Shown: positions 9,409-19,327 of the stretch, piece by piece | Numbering within the stretch: position 1 is the stretch's first letter | Layout of the letters: each line of letters begins with the position of its first letter | From: Vicinamibacteria bacterium | GTDB taxonomy: Bacteria; Acidobacteriota; Vicinamibacteria; Vicinamibacterales; UBA2999 | Length of the DNA: 35,613 nucleotides | Reading direction: 5' to 3' | Assembly: GCA_025924295.1 (NCBI GenBank) | Contig: JAICEG010000002.1 | Location: forward strand, 1 to 35,613 | Position numbers and translations under genes: made by a program | The notes under the pieces: model-generated | Told to the model about the DNA's origin: nothing | The model's input: the letters and a program-made list of their open reading frames with translations, nothing else | Databases searched by the model: none

Positions 9409-9672
9409 ACACGATGATTCGGCCAGGAAGATCACGATGGCCGCGCTCCAACTCAGACTGACGTCATAACGACGCCGACCTCACGACGGACCCGGACTTC
9501 GGACCAGAGGCTCTGTTCGCGTTCGACCGGAGGCCATCCCAGTTTCGGACGCATGCAGCGTTGGCGTGTGACGCTCGATGGCTTCTGCCTAAGGGTTCGA
9601 CGCGTCCCGCACTGGCACACTTCGTGGGCCGTGGGAACGCGCTCTTGCATTGGCGGATTGAGGGTAGCGTCG

Positions 9673-12207
9673 ATGAGTGGCCGAAGACTGTTGGCTCTGC
9701 TGGAACACATTTGGCTGGACGTCCGCTACGCGGCACGGTCACTCGCCAGGCGACCGGTCGTCACGGTGGCAGCGATTGTTTCGCTCGCGGTCGGGATTGG
9801 CATCAACACGGCCATCTTTTCCGTCTTCGAGCTCATGATGTTGCGGCGCCTCTCGGTTCCTGCGCCAGAGGAACTGGTGCTCTTCAGCTCGCCAGGCCCT
9901 CGGCCCGGGGGAACTTCTACGGGCCAGGCCGGAGGTCGCGAGTACGTCTTCAGCTTCCCGCTCTTTCGCGACATCGAGAACATCGACAACACCGGCCTCG
10001 AACAGATCGCCGCCCACCGGGACTTCGAAGCCAACCTCAGTTACGACGGTCAAAGCGAGGGCGGTCGGGGATTGATCGTTTCGGGCGGCTACTTCCGCGC
10101 GTTGCGTGTCGGACCCGCTCTCGGCCGCGTACTGGCCCCTGATGACGATGGTCCGGCGGACCGGCCGGTGGCCGTGCTGTCGTTCCGCTACTGGAACACA
10201 CGCTTCGGATCCGACGCGGGCGTGATCGGACGCACGCTGCTGGTCAATGGGCGGCCGGTGACGGTCGTTGGAGTGGCGCAGGAGGGCTTTCAGGGAACCA
10301 CGCTCGCAGATTCACCGCAGGTCTTTGTTCCGCTCTCTGCGCAACAGGAACTGCAGGTCTGGGCCGACGATCGCCGGACGCATTGGCTGTACATCTTCGG
10401 ACGAATGAAAGCCGGCACTACGCGTCAGCAGGTGCAGGCAGCGATGAGCGGTCCGTTCAGCGTACTCATCAAGGAGATCGAGTTTCCAATTCAGGGACCC
10501 GCACTCGACGCCAACGCGCAGGCGCAGTTCCTCGACCGCCGGCTCGCTGTGGAGGACGGGTCCCGTGCGGCGCTGGCGCGCAGGCGTGCCGAAGGGCGTG
10601 CGATCTTCGCTCTCGTCATGGCCGTGACCGGGATTGTGCTGCTCATCGCGTGCGCGAACCTCGCGAATCTGATGCTGGCGCGCGGCGCCGATCGCGTGCC
10701 GGAAATCGCCGTTCGTCTGTCACTCGGAGCTTCCGCAGGAGACGTGGTCCGGATTCTGCTCATCGAAGCCTGTCTCCTGGCTACCGCTGGCGGAGTGGCT
10801 GGACTACTCGCGGCGCGAGCAACGCTGCAGATCCTCTCCACGGTTCTGCCCGTCGTTCCAGCCGTCCTGACGACCTTCGAGATCAATACGGCGCTGCTGG
10901 TATTCACGCTCGGCGTCAGTCTTGGAACGGCTGCCCTGTTCGGTCTGTTTCCAGCCGTGCACAGCGTCCGCGCCGCCATTGCGCGCTCGTACGCCGGGCA
11001 TGGTGGACGAGTCGAAAGCACGCGAACGGCCACGCGATTTCGCACGGCGTTGGCCACGACGCAGATCGCCTTGACCACAGCGCTCCTCGGACAGGCGTCG
11101 CTTCTGGCACTCAGTCTCAGCAACGTCGCGGGTGAGGAGCTTGGCATCGAACGGCGCGCGGTCCTCACGTTCGGATTGGCGCCACACCTGAACGGGTACG
11201 ACGGCGAACGGGCGCAGGCGCTGGTCGATCAGCTGCAAGAAAGGCTGGACGCCCTTCCAATGGTCGTCTCGTCAGCGGCAACGACGAGGCCAGTGATGGC
11301 AGGCGGCCGGGCAATGAACTTTGTCACGGTCGAGGGGTTTACGCCGGGACCGGACACCGATACCCGCGTGAATTTCGCGCGCACGAGTCCAGATTACTTT
11401 CGCACGTTGGGCATCCGCCTTCTCGCTGGCCGGGAGTTCTCGACCACCGAGGTGGCTGGCAGTCCGAGAGTGGCCGTCGTCAACGAGTCGTTCGCGCGCC
11501 TGTTCCGGCTCGGTCCACAGCCGATTGGACGGCGTCTCGGTCTCGGGCGTGGCGAAACCGTGGCCCTGGATATCGAAATCATCGGGCTGGTCGCCGATGC
11601 GAAGTCCAGCTGGATAAGCGAGCCGCCCGGACCGCAGCTGTTCCTGCCATTGCGCCAGGGCACCTTCGGCCCGGTCACCTTCTACTTACGATCCGACGGC
11701 GATCTGCGGCCGCTGATGGCCGCTGTTCCAGAAATCCTCAGGCGGATTGATCCTGCGCTTCCTGTCGACCGCCTGCGCACGATGGAAGAACAGATCCGAG
11801 AAAATGCGGCGGGCCAGCGCGTTCTCGCCGGGCTTTCGAGCAGCTTCGCCGGGATCGCCATGTTGCTTGCCGGTGTCGGCTTGTACGGGCTGCTGTCTTA
11901 CAACGTCGCGCGGCGCACTCGGGAGATCGGCATTCGCTTGGCGCTCGGGGCCACCAGGAGCACGGTCTGGCGTCTGCTGTTCTCGCATCTGGGTTGGATG
12001 ACGGCGGTCGGCGGCCTCGCCGGCGTCGCGCTTTCGGTGGCGCTCGGCCGTGTCGGTTCCGCGATGTTGTTCGAGGTCGAAGCGGACAGCCCGCTGGCGG
12101 TGAGCGGCGCGCTCGCGCTCGTCATCGTCGTCTCCATCATTGCCGCTGTGATTCCGGCAAGACGCGCCGCGGCGGTCAATCCCGCTCATTCGCTTCGATT
12201 CGACTGA
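9673..12207 (+). CDS. ADOP-family duplicated orphan ABC permease (MacB/FtsX-like, two FtsX domains)
   Basis: N-terminus ...WLDVRYAARSLARRPVVT is typical of the family. Two FtsX-type four-helix modules are present (ACANLANLMLARG...EIAVRLSLGAS and ...ARRTREIGIRLALGAT). Start trimmed to ATG 9673. Confidence 0.9.
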   Translation: MSGRRLLALLEHIWLDVRYAARSLARRPVVTVAAIVSLAVGIGINTAIFSVFELMMLRRLSVPAPEELVLFSSPGPRPGGTSTGQAGGREYVFSFPLFRDIENIDNTGLEQIAAHRDFEANLSYDGQSEGGRGLIVSGGYFRALRVGPALGRVLAPDDDGPADRPVAVLSFRYWNTRFGSDAGVIGRTLLVNGRPVTVVGVAQEGFQGTTLADSPQVFVPLSAQQELQVWADDRRTHWLYIFGRMKAGTTRQQVQAAMSGPFSVLIKEIEFPIQGPALDANAQAQFLDRRLAVEDGSRAALARRRAEGRAIFALVMAVTGIVLLIACANLANLMLARGADRVPEIAVRLSLGASAGDVVRILLIEACLLATAGGVAGLLAARATLQILSTVLPVVPAVLTTFEINTALLVFTLGVSLGTAALFGLFPAVHSVRAAIARSYAGHGGRVESTRTATRFRTALATTQIALTTALLGQASLLALSLSNVAGEELGIERRAVLTFGLAPHLNGYDGERAQALVDQLQERLDALPMVVSSAATTRPVMAGGRAMNFVTVEGFTPGPDTDTRVNFARTSPDYFRTLGIRLLAGREFSTTEVAGSPRVAVVNESFARLFRLGPQPIGRRLGLGRGETVALDIEIIGLVADAKSSWISEPPGPQLFLPLRQGTFGPVTFYLRSDGDLRPLMAAVPEILRRIDPALPVDRLRTMEEQIRENAAGQRVLAGLSSSFAGIAMLLAGVGLYGLLSYNVARRTREIGIRLALGATRSTVWRLLFSHLGWMTAVGGLAGVALSVALGRVGSAMLFEVEADSPLAVSGALALVIVVSIIAAVIPARRAAAVNPAHSLRFD

Positions 12208-12241
12208 CGGGACTATGAAGGGACGGAATTTACTGGCGGTC

Positions 12242-13330
12242 TCAATCGAAGGGCAGTCGCAGGGCCGCCGTCTTCCTCGGCGCAGGAGCAGGGGATACAA
12301 CGTCACACAAGTTGTGAACGCTCACCCCGAGCAGTCGAATGGGCCGGCGCCCGGCCTCGGTCCTGTCGAGCAACGCAACGGCGCGACTGACGAGTGAGGT
12401 CTCGTCGCGGGTGGCTTCCGTGGTGTGGCTGCGCGTGATGGTCGTGAAGTCGCTGTAACGAACCTTGATCGTCACCGTCCGCGCAAAGAGCTCGCGTTTG
12501 ACCAGCCACGATGCCGTGGCGCGGGCCATGTCGGCCACTTCATTCCGGATCTCGGAAATGCTGGTCAGGTCCTTCGCGAAGGTGTTTTCGCTGCCTGACG
12601 ATTTCGTCTCGTGCTCGGAGACCACCGGTCGATCGTCGATGCCGTGCGACAGCTTCTGAAGCCACTCGGCCAGCGACCCGACCGCTTCGCGTAACCGTTC
12701 AGGGTCAGCCGAACGCACGTCGATGAGTTTCTCGATGCCACGCTCCCGCAGCTTGCGCGCCGTCACCGGCCCCACGCCCCACAAGGCGTCTACCGGCAGA
12801 CCACGCAGGAAGGGTTCGACGCGCTCCGGGGCAATCACTGTCAGGCCGTCCGGCTTCTGCCAGCCCGACGCGATCTTCGCGAGGAACTTGTTCGGCGCCA
12901 CACCGGCCGACGCGGTCAGGCCGGTCGCCGAGCGAATCTCGTCTTTGAGCCGCCGCGCCACCGTCATGCCGAGCGTCTCGCCCCACGCGTTCTCGGTCAC
13001 GTCGAGGTACGCCTCGTCCAGGGACATCGGCTCGACGAGAGGCGTGACCGATCGAAACAGCGCAAAGACCTGCTGCGATACCGCTCGATACTTCGAGAAG
13101 TCCGGCCGCACGATCGCGACGGACGGGCAGAGGCGCACGGCTCGCGCCATCGAGATTGCCGAGCGGATGCCGAAGGCCCTCGCCTCGTAGCTGGCAGCCG
13201 CCACCACGCCGCGCTGATCGGGCTGACCGCCGACGACGACAGGACGACCGCGCAGTTCGGGACGATCCCGCTGCTCCACCGACGCATAGAACGCGTCCAT
13301 GTCGATGTGCAGGATCCTTCGGAAGGGCAT
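12242..13330 (-). CDS. dinB: DNA polymerase IV (Y-family)
   Basis: Motifs ILHIDMDAFYASVEQ, VVVGG...RGVVAAASYEARAFG and SLDEAYLDVT. Start trimmed to ATG at 13328-13330. Confidence 0.93.
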   Translation of the reverse strand: MPFRRILHIDMDAFYASVEQRDRPELRGRPVVVGGQPDQRGVVAAASYEARAFGIRSAISMARAVRLCPSVAIVRPDFSKYRAVSQQVFALFRSVTPLVEPMSLDEAYLDVTENAWGETLGMTVARRLKDEIRSATGLTASAGVAPNKFLAKIASGWQKPDGLTVIAPERVEPFLRGLPVDALWGVGPVTARKLRERGIEKLIDVRSADPERLREAVGSLAEWLQKLSHGIDDRPVVSEHETKSSGSENTFAKDLTSISEIRNEVADMARATASWLVKRELFARTVTIKVRYSDFTTITRSHTTEATRDETSLVSRAVALLDRTEAGRRPIRLLGVSVHNLCDVVSPAPAPRKTAALRLPFD

Positions 13331-13338
13331 ACCAGGTG

Positions 13339-13770
13339 TCAGGTCCCAGTGGCGCCGAAGCCTCCGCGGGTGGTTTCGCGAATCTGGTCCACCTCTTCCC
13401 ATGTCACACGCGGGGCGGCGAGGACGATCCCCTGCGCGAGGCGGTCGCCGCGCTGCACGCGCACGTCGGTCTGCGTAAAGTTGAGAACCTGGATCTTGAT
13501 TTCGTCGTTCGGGCCTGAATAGTCAGGATCCACGACGCCAACGCCGTTGGCCACCAGCAGTCCGCGCTTGAGCGGCGTGCTGCTTCGGGCGAAAATTCCC
13601 AGGAAGTATCCGGTCGGGACCTCGATGACGAGACCGGTCCGGATGAGCGCGATCTGACCAGGCTGGACCACGATGTCGTGGCTGGCGGCGAGATCGAAGC
13701 CCGCCGCTTCGGGCGTTCCGTAACCAGGGAGGGGAACAGTGGGATCCAGCCGCGTGATCTTGAGGCGCAT
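13339..13770 (-). CDS. dut: dUTP diphosphatase (dUTPase)
   Basis: Starts MRLKITRLDP...AAGFDLAA, then ARSS, GVVDPDYSG and the C-terminal RGGFGATGT motif. Sits 8 nt upstream of dinB on the same strand. Confidence 0.92.
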   Translation of the reverse strand: MRLKITRLDPTVPLPGYGTPEAAGFDLAASHDIVVQPGQIALIRTGLVIEVPTGYFLGIFARSSTPLKRGLLVANGVGVVDPDYSGPNDEIKIQVLNFTQTDVRVQRGDRLAQGIVLAAPRVTWEEVDQIRETTRGGFGATGT

Positions 13771-16579
13771 CCGTGCAGCATACCTCGTGGCCGTACTGCT
13801 GCTGGTCTCGGCCGCCACCGCCTCTTCGCAGACCGCGCCAGGTCCGCTCCCGCTCGATCCTGCAATCAGATCCGGGACGCTTGCCAACGGCCTGACCTAT
13901 TTCATCCGGAAGAACGGCCGTCCCGAGAAGCGCGCGATGCTGCGGCTCGCCGTCAAAGCCGGCTCGATGAACGAAGACGACGACCAGCGCGGTCTGGCAC
14001 ACGTGCTCGAGCACATGGCGTTCAACGGGAGCGCGCATTTCAAGCCAGGAGAGCTGGTGTCCTACCTGGAATCGATCGGTGCGCGATTCGGTCCGCACGT
14101 GAACGCGTACACCAGCTTCGACGAAACGGTCTACATGCTCGATGTCCCGACCGACCGTTCTGGCACGCTGGTGCGCGGGTTCGAGGCGCTCAGTGACTTC
14201 GCCGGCGGCATCACGCTCGACTCGGCGGAGATCGACCGCGAGCGCGGCGTGGTGATCGAAGAGTGGCGCGGGCGACTGGGCGCCGGCACTCGCATGCAGG
14301 AGCCGCAGCTCGAGGCGCTCTTCGGCGACAGCCGATACGCCAACCGGATTCCGATCGGCACGCCGGAAGTGTTGAAGAGTTTTCCACCAGATCGACTCCG
14401 CCAGTTCTACCGCGATCACTATCGACCGGGTCGCATGGCCGTCGTTGTCGTGGGCGACATCGATCCAGCGGAGATCGAGGGCCTGATTCGGAAGCACTTC
14501 TCGAGTCTCGAGCCCGGAGGTGCGCCGCACAGGGTGTATCCGATCCCGGAGCATGCCGACGCTCGATACGTCGCGGTGTCTGATGTGGAGGCGCAGGGGT
14601 CGTCGGTTTCGGTCACGTTCAAAGGGCCGCTGACATCGCTTCGCACGGCGGCCGAATACCGGGCATCGCTCGTTCGCTCGCTCATGCATCAGATGCTGAA
14701 CGCACGCTTCGCCGAGATCGCCCGTCGTCCCGACGCGCCGTTCCTGCGCGCCGGGTCCGACGATGAGACGCTCGGCCTGACGATCGAGGCGGCGTCCGTG
14801 TCGGCGCGCGTCAACGATGGAGCAACGGAGAGGGGACTCCGTGCGCTGGGTGAGGAGATCGCACGTGTTCGCCAGCATGGCTTCGGTGAGGCAGAGCTCG
14901 ATCGATCGAAGCGCTCGGCGATCGCGTCGTACGAACGTGCCTACAACGAACGGGGCACGACCGAGAGCTCCGCGTATGCGTCCGAGCTGCTTCGCCACTA
15001 CCTGAGCGAGGAGGCCGTCCCCGGCATCGAAATCGAGCTGGAGCTCGTGCGGCAGTTCCTGCCGACCATCACGGCGCAGGAGATCGGTGCGCTCGCTCGC
15101 GACGTGTTCGCCGATCGCAATCGCGTGGTGATCGCGACCTCGCCGCAGAAAGAGGGACTCGTCGCCGTCACCGAGCCGGTCCTGCGCGATGCGCTGACGG
15201 CCGGCATGTCGGCCACCGTCACCGCGTGGCGCGATGAAATGAACGGGAAGGAGCTCCTCGCGCGCAAACCGGTGCCTGGGAAGGTCACCTCGCGCCGCGA
15301 GATCGCGGAGATTGGTGTCACGGTAATGACGTTGTCCAATGGCGTCGAGGTGTGGCTGAAGCCGACCGATTTCCGCAACGACCAGGTCGTATTCTCCTCG
15401 TATGCACGTGGCGGTCTGTCGCTGGTGACGGCCGACGACTACCAGAACGCGGCGTTGGCGACATCGCTGGTCGGGACCGCCGGCGTCGGCGGATTCACCC
15501 CGGTGGATCTCGGAAAGCTGCTCGCCGGCCGGATTGGAAGCGCGTCGGCGTATATCTCGACCTACTCGCAGGGCGTCAACGGGTCGAGCACGCCGAAGGA
15601 CCTGGAGGTCGCCCTCCAGCTGGCCTACCTGCATTTCACGGCTCCCAATGACAGTCCCGAGGCGTTCGAATTGCTGAAGCGCCGCCTCGAGGCGTCACTC
15701 GCCAATCAGGCGCAGAGCCCCGGCGCCGTCTACGGGGAGCGCGTGCGCCGCATCAACACGGTCGATCACTACAGCGCACGCGCATTGCGGACGGAGGATC
15801 TGTCGCGCCTGGATTCCGGCAAGATGCTGTCGTTCTACAAGCAGGCCTTCGCCAACGCCGCCAACTTCACGTTCTTCTTCGTGGGAACGTTCACGGTGGA
15901 CGCGGTGACGCCGCTCATCGAGCAGTACCTCGCGTCGCTGCCGTCCACGGGTAAGGCCGATGCGCGCAACGGCGACTTTCGCCTGGAGTTCCCTCGCACG
16001 ATTGTGCGCGAAACCGTGACCAAGGGACAGGAGCCGCGCAGCCAGACGGTCCTTACGTTCTTTGCCGACACCGGGCTCGAAGAGCTGGAGACTCATCGCC
16101 TGCAGGCGGCCACCGAGGTGTTGGAGATACGCCTGCGTGACATCCTGCGCGAGCAACTCGGTGGCACCTACTCGGTCGGCGTGAGCTACTCGAATACGTC
16201 GCCACAGCCGGGTTACGGCGTCACGAGCGTTCAGTTCGGCAGCGCGCCGGAAAACGTGACCAGCCTGACGGCAGCGGTCATGACCGAGATCGAGCGGCTG
16301 CGAAAGGAAGGGCCTTCCGCCGAAGACGTGCGGGCGGTGAAGGAAGGCGAGAAAAACGACCTGCAGACGGCGATGCGGCAGAACGGCTACTGGCTGAACT
16401 CCCTGCAGTCGATGCACGTGCTCGGCCGCGACCCGAAGCGAATTCTCCTGCGCGGCGAGCGCGCGGAGTCGCTGACGCAGGAAAACGTGCATGCCGCGCT
16501 GCGCAAATACTTCCCGAACGAGCGGCACACCGAGGTGACGCTGATGCCGGAGACCCGGGATCCCCAGCGTGTGCAGTAG
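13739..16579 (+). CDS. Secreted M16-family (pitrilysin/PqqL-like) zinc peptidase, double-length
   Basis: Signal peptide, inverted zincin HVLEHMAFNGS, downstream NAYTSFDETVY, and a second M16 half. The start is uncertain: GTG 13739, GTG 13754 or TTG 13760. All three overlap the dut 5' end. Confidence 0.9.
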   Translation: MGSSRVILRRIRAAYLVAVLLLVSAATASSQTAPGPLPLDPAIRSGTLANGLTYFIRKNGRPEKRAMLRLAVKAGSMNEDDDQRGLAHVLEHMAFNGSAHFKPGELVSYLESIGARFGPHVNAYTSFDETVYMLDVPTDRSGTLVRGFEALSDFAGGITLDSAEIDRERGVVIEEWRGRLGAGTRMQEPQLEALFGDSRYANRIPIGTPEVLKSFPPDRLRQFYRDHYRPGRMAVVVVGDIDPAEIEGLIRKHFSSLEPGGAPHRVYPIPEHADARYVAVSDVEAQGSSVSVTFKGPLTSLRTAAEYRASLVRSLMHQMLNARFAEIARRPDAPFLRAGSDDETLGLTIEAASVSARVNDGATERGLRALGEEIARVRQHGFGEAELDRSKRSAIASYERAYNERGTTESSAYASELLRHYLSEEAVPGIEIELELVRQFLPTITAQEIGALARDVFADRNRVVIATSPQKEGLVAVTEPVLRDALTAGMSATVTAWRDEMNGKELLARKPVPGKVTSRREIAEIGVTVMTLSNGVEVWLKPTDFRNDQVVFSSYARGGLSLVTADDYQNAALATSLVGTAGVGGFTPVDLGKLLAGRIGSASAYISTYSQGVNGSSTPKDLEVALQLAYLHFTAPNDSPEAFELLKRRLEASLANQAQSPGAVYGERVRRINTVDHYSARALRTEDLSRLDSGKMLSFYKQAFANAANFTFFFVGTFTVDAVTPLIEQYLASLPSTGKADARNGDFRLEFPRTIVRETVTKGQEPRSQTVLTFFADTGLEELETHRLQAATEVLEIRLRDILREQLGGTYSVGVSYSNTSPQPGYGVTSVQFGSAPENVTSLTAAVMTEIERLRKEGPSAEDVRAVKEGEKNDLQTAMRQNGYWLNSLQSMHVLGRDPKRILLRGERAESLTQENVHAALRKYFPNERHTEVTLMPETRDPQRVQ

Positions 16580-16640
16580 GCACGTCAGCACTTGTACGGA
16601 TGAGAGCGGGATCTGACCCTTCGGCGATGATCGGCGTAGA

Positions 16641-17033
16641 ATGTCCAGCGGGTCGCCATCGACGATGAACGACACGACGTGTATCTCCCGGGCCGCCACC
16701 CTGGCGGGTTTCACCTCGGCGGTGTCGAGCACCAACGGTGTGCAGTTGCGCGACCTGCCGCCGATGACCACGCTGCGGGTCCGTACGCGGAACTCCGAGT
16801 ATCAGATCGTGGTGTCGTCGGGTGACGAGGTGCTCGTCAAAGGCGGTCACTTCTTTCCGTCGCTCACGGAGGCGCGCTTCAGTGGCGCGACCGTGGGAGG
16901 CAGTTTCCTCAAGGTTGGCTGGATCGGCGTGGGCCTGCGCATGGAAATCCTCCTCGATGGCCGCCGCATCATCACCTCTCCGGTTTACGACATCGTCACC
17001 ACCGCCAGCAGCAGCGATCAGCGGGTCCACTAG
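16641..17033 (+). CDS. Hypothetical protein (130 aa)
   Basis: Clean ORF in an otherwise empty interval with GC3-biased codons. The C-terminal part looks beta-rich (EYQIVVSSGDEVLVKGG...). ATG 16665 is an alternative start. Confidence 0.5.
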   Translation: MSSGSPSTMNDTTCISRAATLAGFTSAVSSTNGVQLRDLPPMTTLRVRTRNSEYQIVVSSGDEVLVKGGHFFPSLTEARFSGATVGGSFLKVGWIGVGLRMEILLDGRRIITSPVYDIVTTASSSDQRVH

Positions 17034-17092
17034 CGCGCTGATATACTGAGCGCTTGGCCCGGCCGTCTGCCGGAGCCCATTCAGGGATACAC

Positions 17093-18763
17093 GTGCAATA
17101 CATCTACACGATGAAGGGTCTCGGGAAGGTGCATCCTCCCGACTCGGTCGTCCTCAAAGACATCTGGTTGTCGTTTCTCCCGGGCGCGAAGATTGGCGTC
17201 CTCGGCTTGAACGGAGCAGGGAAGAGTTCGCTGCTGAGGGTCATGGCGGGCGAGGATACCGAGTTCATCGGTGAAGCATTCCCGGCCGACGGGATCACGA
17301 CGGGATTCCTGCCGCAGGAGCCGCGTCTGGATCCCAAGAAGACGGTGAAGGGAAACGTCGAGGAAGGTGTGGCCCCGGTCAAGGCGCTGCTCGAGCGCTA
17401 CGACGAGCTGAACATGAAGCTCGGCGAGGACCTGTCGCCGGAGGAGATGGACAAGGTCCTCGAGGAGCAGGGCCGGCTCCAGGACCGCATCGACGCGGTC
17501 AATGCGTGGGACATCGACTCGCAGCTCGAACTGGCCATGGACGCATTGCGCTGTCCTCCCGCCGAGTCCGACGTGACGACGCTGTCCGGCGGCGAGCGCC
17601 GTCGTGTTGCGCTGTGCCGGCTCCTGCTGCAGTCTCCGGATCTGCTCCTTCTCGATGAGCCGACGAACCACCTCGACGCCGAATCGGTGGCGTGGCTCGA
17701 GCGATTCCTGAAGGAATACAAGGGCACCGTCGTGGCGGTGACCCACGACCGCTACTTCCTGGACAATGCGGCCGAGTGGATCCTCGAGCTCGATCGCGGC
17801 TCAGGCATTCCGTGGAAAGGCAACTATTCATCCTGGCTCGATCAGAAGCAGCAGCGGCTGTCGCAGGAAGAGAAATCGGAAACGAAGCGCCAGAAGACGC
17901 TCCAGCGCGAGCTCGAATGGATCCGGATGTCGCCGCGCGCGCGCCAGTCGAAAGGCAAGGCGCGCCTCAACGCGTACGAGCAGCTGCTCAACGAGGACAC
18001 GGCGCAGAAGATCGAGCAGGTCGAGATCTACATCCCGCCCGGCCCTCGTCTGGGCGACGTGGTGGTCGAAGCCCGTGGCGTTCGAAAGGCCTACGGGGAA
18101 CAGCTCTTGATGGACGACCTGAATTTCACGCTGCCGCGCGGCGGGATTGTCGGCGTCATCGGACCCAACGGTGCCGGAAAGACGACGCTGTTCAGGATGA
18201 TTACCGGCCAGGAGAAGCCGGACGCCGGCACGCTGCGCCTCGGTGAGACCGTTCAACCCGGATACGTCGATCAGAGCCGCGATGCGCTCGGGGCCAACAA
18301 GAGCGTCTGGGAAGAGATCTCCGGCGGCGAAGACGAGCTGATGATCGGCAAGCGGCCGGTTCCATCACGCGCGTACGTGTCGTGGTTCAACTTCAAGGGT
18401 GCCCAGCAGCAGCGCAAGGTGGGGACGCTGTCGGGTGGTGAGCGCAATCGCGTCCACCTGGCCAAGCTGCTGCAGCGTGGATCGAACCTGCTGCTGCTGG
18501 ACGAGCCGACCAACGATCTGGACGTCGACACCCTGCGCGCGCTCGAGGAGGCGCTGCTGAACTACGCCGGCTGTGCCGTCGTGATCAGCCACGATCGCTG
18601 GTTCCTCGATCGGATCGCCACGCACATGCTGGCGTTCGAGGGGGACAGCCGCGTGGTCTGGTTCGAGGGGAACTACCAGGACTACGAAGCCGATCGGAAG
18701 CGGCGGCTCGGCGCCGAGGCCGACACGCCGCATCGGATCAAGTATCGCAAGCTGACGAGATAG
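17093..18763 (+). CDS. ettA: Energy-dependent translational throttle protein EttA (ABC-F ATPase)
   Basis: Near-colinear with E. coli EttA as I recall it: (M)QYIYTM..., [43 protein letters not shown], then a second cassette GPNGAGKTT / LSGGERNRV, ending RIKYRKL. The GTG start at 17093 gives 556 aa. Confidence 0.95.
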   Translation: MQYIYTMKGLGKVHPPDSVVLKDIWLSFLPGAKIGVLGLNGAGKSSLLRVMAGEDTEFIGEAFPADGITTGFLPQEPRLDPKKTVKGNVEEGVAPVKALLERYDELNMKLGEDLSPEEMDKVLEEQGRLQDRIDAVNAWDIDSQLELAMDALRCPPAESDVTTLSGGERRRVALCRLLLQSPDLLLLDEPTNHLDAESVAWLERFLKEYKGTVVAVTHDRYFLDNAAEWILELDRGSGIPWKGNYSSWLDQKQQRLSQEEKSETKRQKTLQRELEWIRMSPRARQSKGKARLNAYEQLLNEDTAQKIEQVEIYIPPGPRLGDVVVEARGVRKAYGEQLLMDDLNFTLPRGGIVGVIGPNGAGKTTLFRMITGQEKPDAGTLRLGETVQPGYVDQSRDALGANKSVWEEISGGEDELMIGKRPVPSRAYVSWFNFKGAQQQRKVGTLSGGERNRVHLAKLLQRGSNLLLLDEPTNDLDVDTLRALEEALLNYAGCAVVISHDRWFLDRIATHMLAFEGDSRVVWFEGNYQDYEADRKRRLGAEADTPHRIKYRKLTR

Positions 18764-18783
18764 CTTCACGAGGGGGGAAGGCC

Positions 18784-19290
18784 ATGACTGCAGATCAGGG
18801 CAAAGCGGCTGCCGACTTGCTCGCGACCGTGTGGGAAGGAGAGTTCCCCGCTACCTGCGCAGTGCTCGCTGCTGTGAAGGACGACAATCGAGGCTACAAG
18901 CCGGACCCCAAATCACGCTCGGCGTGGGAGCTCGCCACGCACCTCGCGCTGGCGGACGTCTGGTTCATCGAATGCATCACCAAGGGGGCGTTCGAATGGA
19001 ACCAGGATGCCGTCAAGCAGGCCGAATCGGAGTTCAAGAACGTCGACGACATCGTCGCGTTCTACAAGAAATCGTTCCCTGAGAAACTCGCTGCCCTGCG
19101 AGCGTTGCCCGCTGAGAAGTCGACCGAGGAGCTGGACTGTTTCGGTGTGCTGAAGATGTCGCGTGCGCGGTTCATCGGCTTCGCGAACAACCACAGCATC
19201 CACCATCGCGGGCAGCTGGCGGCGTACCTGCGCGCCATGGGATCGAAGGTTCCGAACATCTACGGCCCGAGCGCGGACGCGAAAGGCTAG
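18784..19290 (+). CDS. DinB/YfiT-superfamily four-helix-bundle protein (not Pol IV)
   Basis: Size of about 168 aa and the HSIHHRGQLAAYLR C-terminal histidine motif typical of the DinB_2 / DUF664-like family. Confidence 0.7.
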   Translation: MTADQGKAAADLLATVWEGEFPATCAVLAAVKDDNRGYKPDPKSRSAWELATHLALADVWFIECITKGAFEWNQDAVKQAESEFKNVDDIVAFYKKSFPEKLAALRALPAEKSTEELDCFGVLKMSRARFIGFANNHSIHHRGQLAAYLRAMGSKVPNIYGPSADAKG

Positions 19291-19294
19291 GACC

Positions 19295-19319
19295 GAGCCA
19301 GAGCCGAGAGCCCAGAGCC
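19295..19319 (+). repeat. Short GAGCC microrepeat (4 copies at 6-7 nt spacing) in the 37-bp spacer before the UbiD-like gene
   Basis: GAGCC starts at 19295, 19301, 19308 and 19315, followed by gaaagcc and then TTG 19328. Confidence 0.5.
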
Positions 19320-19327
19320 GAAAGCCT

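Noticed and set aside
9613-9627. Perfect TGGCAC -24 box upstream of the ADOP permease
   Set aside because: No TTGC follows at the required spacing; the next bases are acttcGTGG. The nearest TTGCA is about 30 nt away.
13523-15634. 703-aa ORF on the minus strand
   Set aside because: It is entirely antisense to the M16 peptidase, which has clear HxxEH motifs. The translation is Arg/Gly/Asp-rich low-complexity sequence typical of antisense frames in high-GC DNA. I recognise no motifs in it.
19163-19327. ATG 19163 as the start of the UbiD-like gene
   Set aside because: It would overlap the last 128 nt of the DinB-fold gene in another frame. The extension (MRGSSASRTTT...RARTRKARTEPEP) is Arg/Thr-rich junk, and UbiD homology begins right after TTG 19328.
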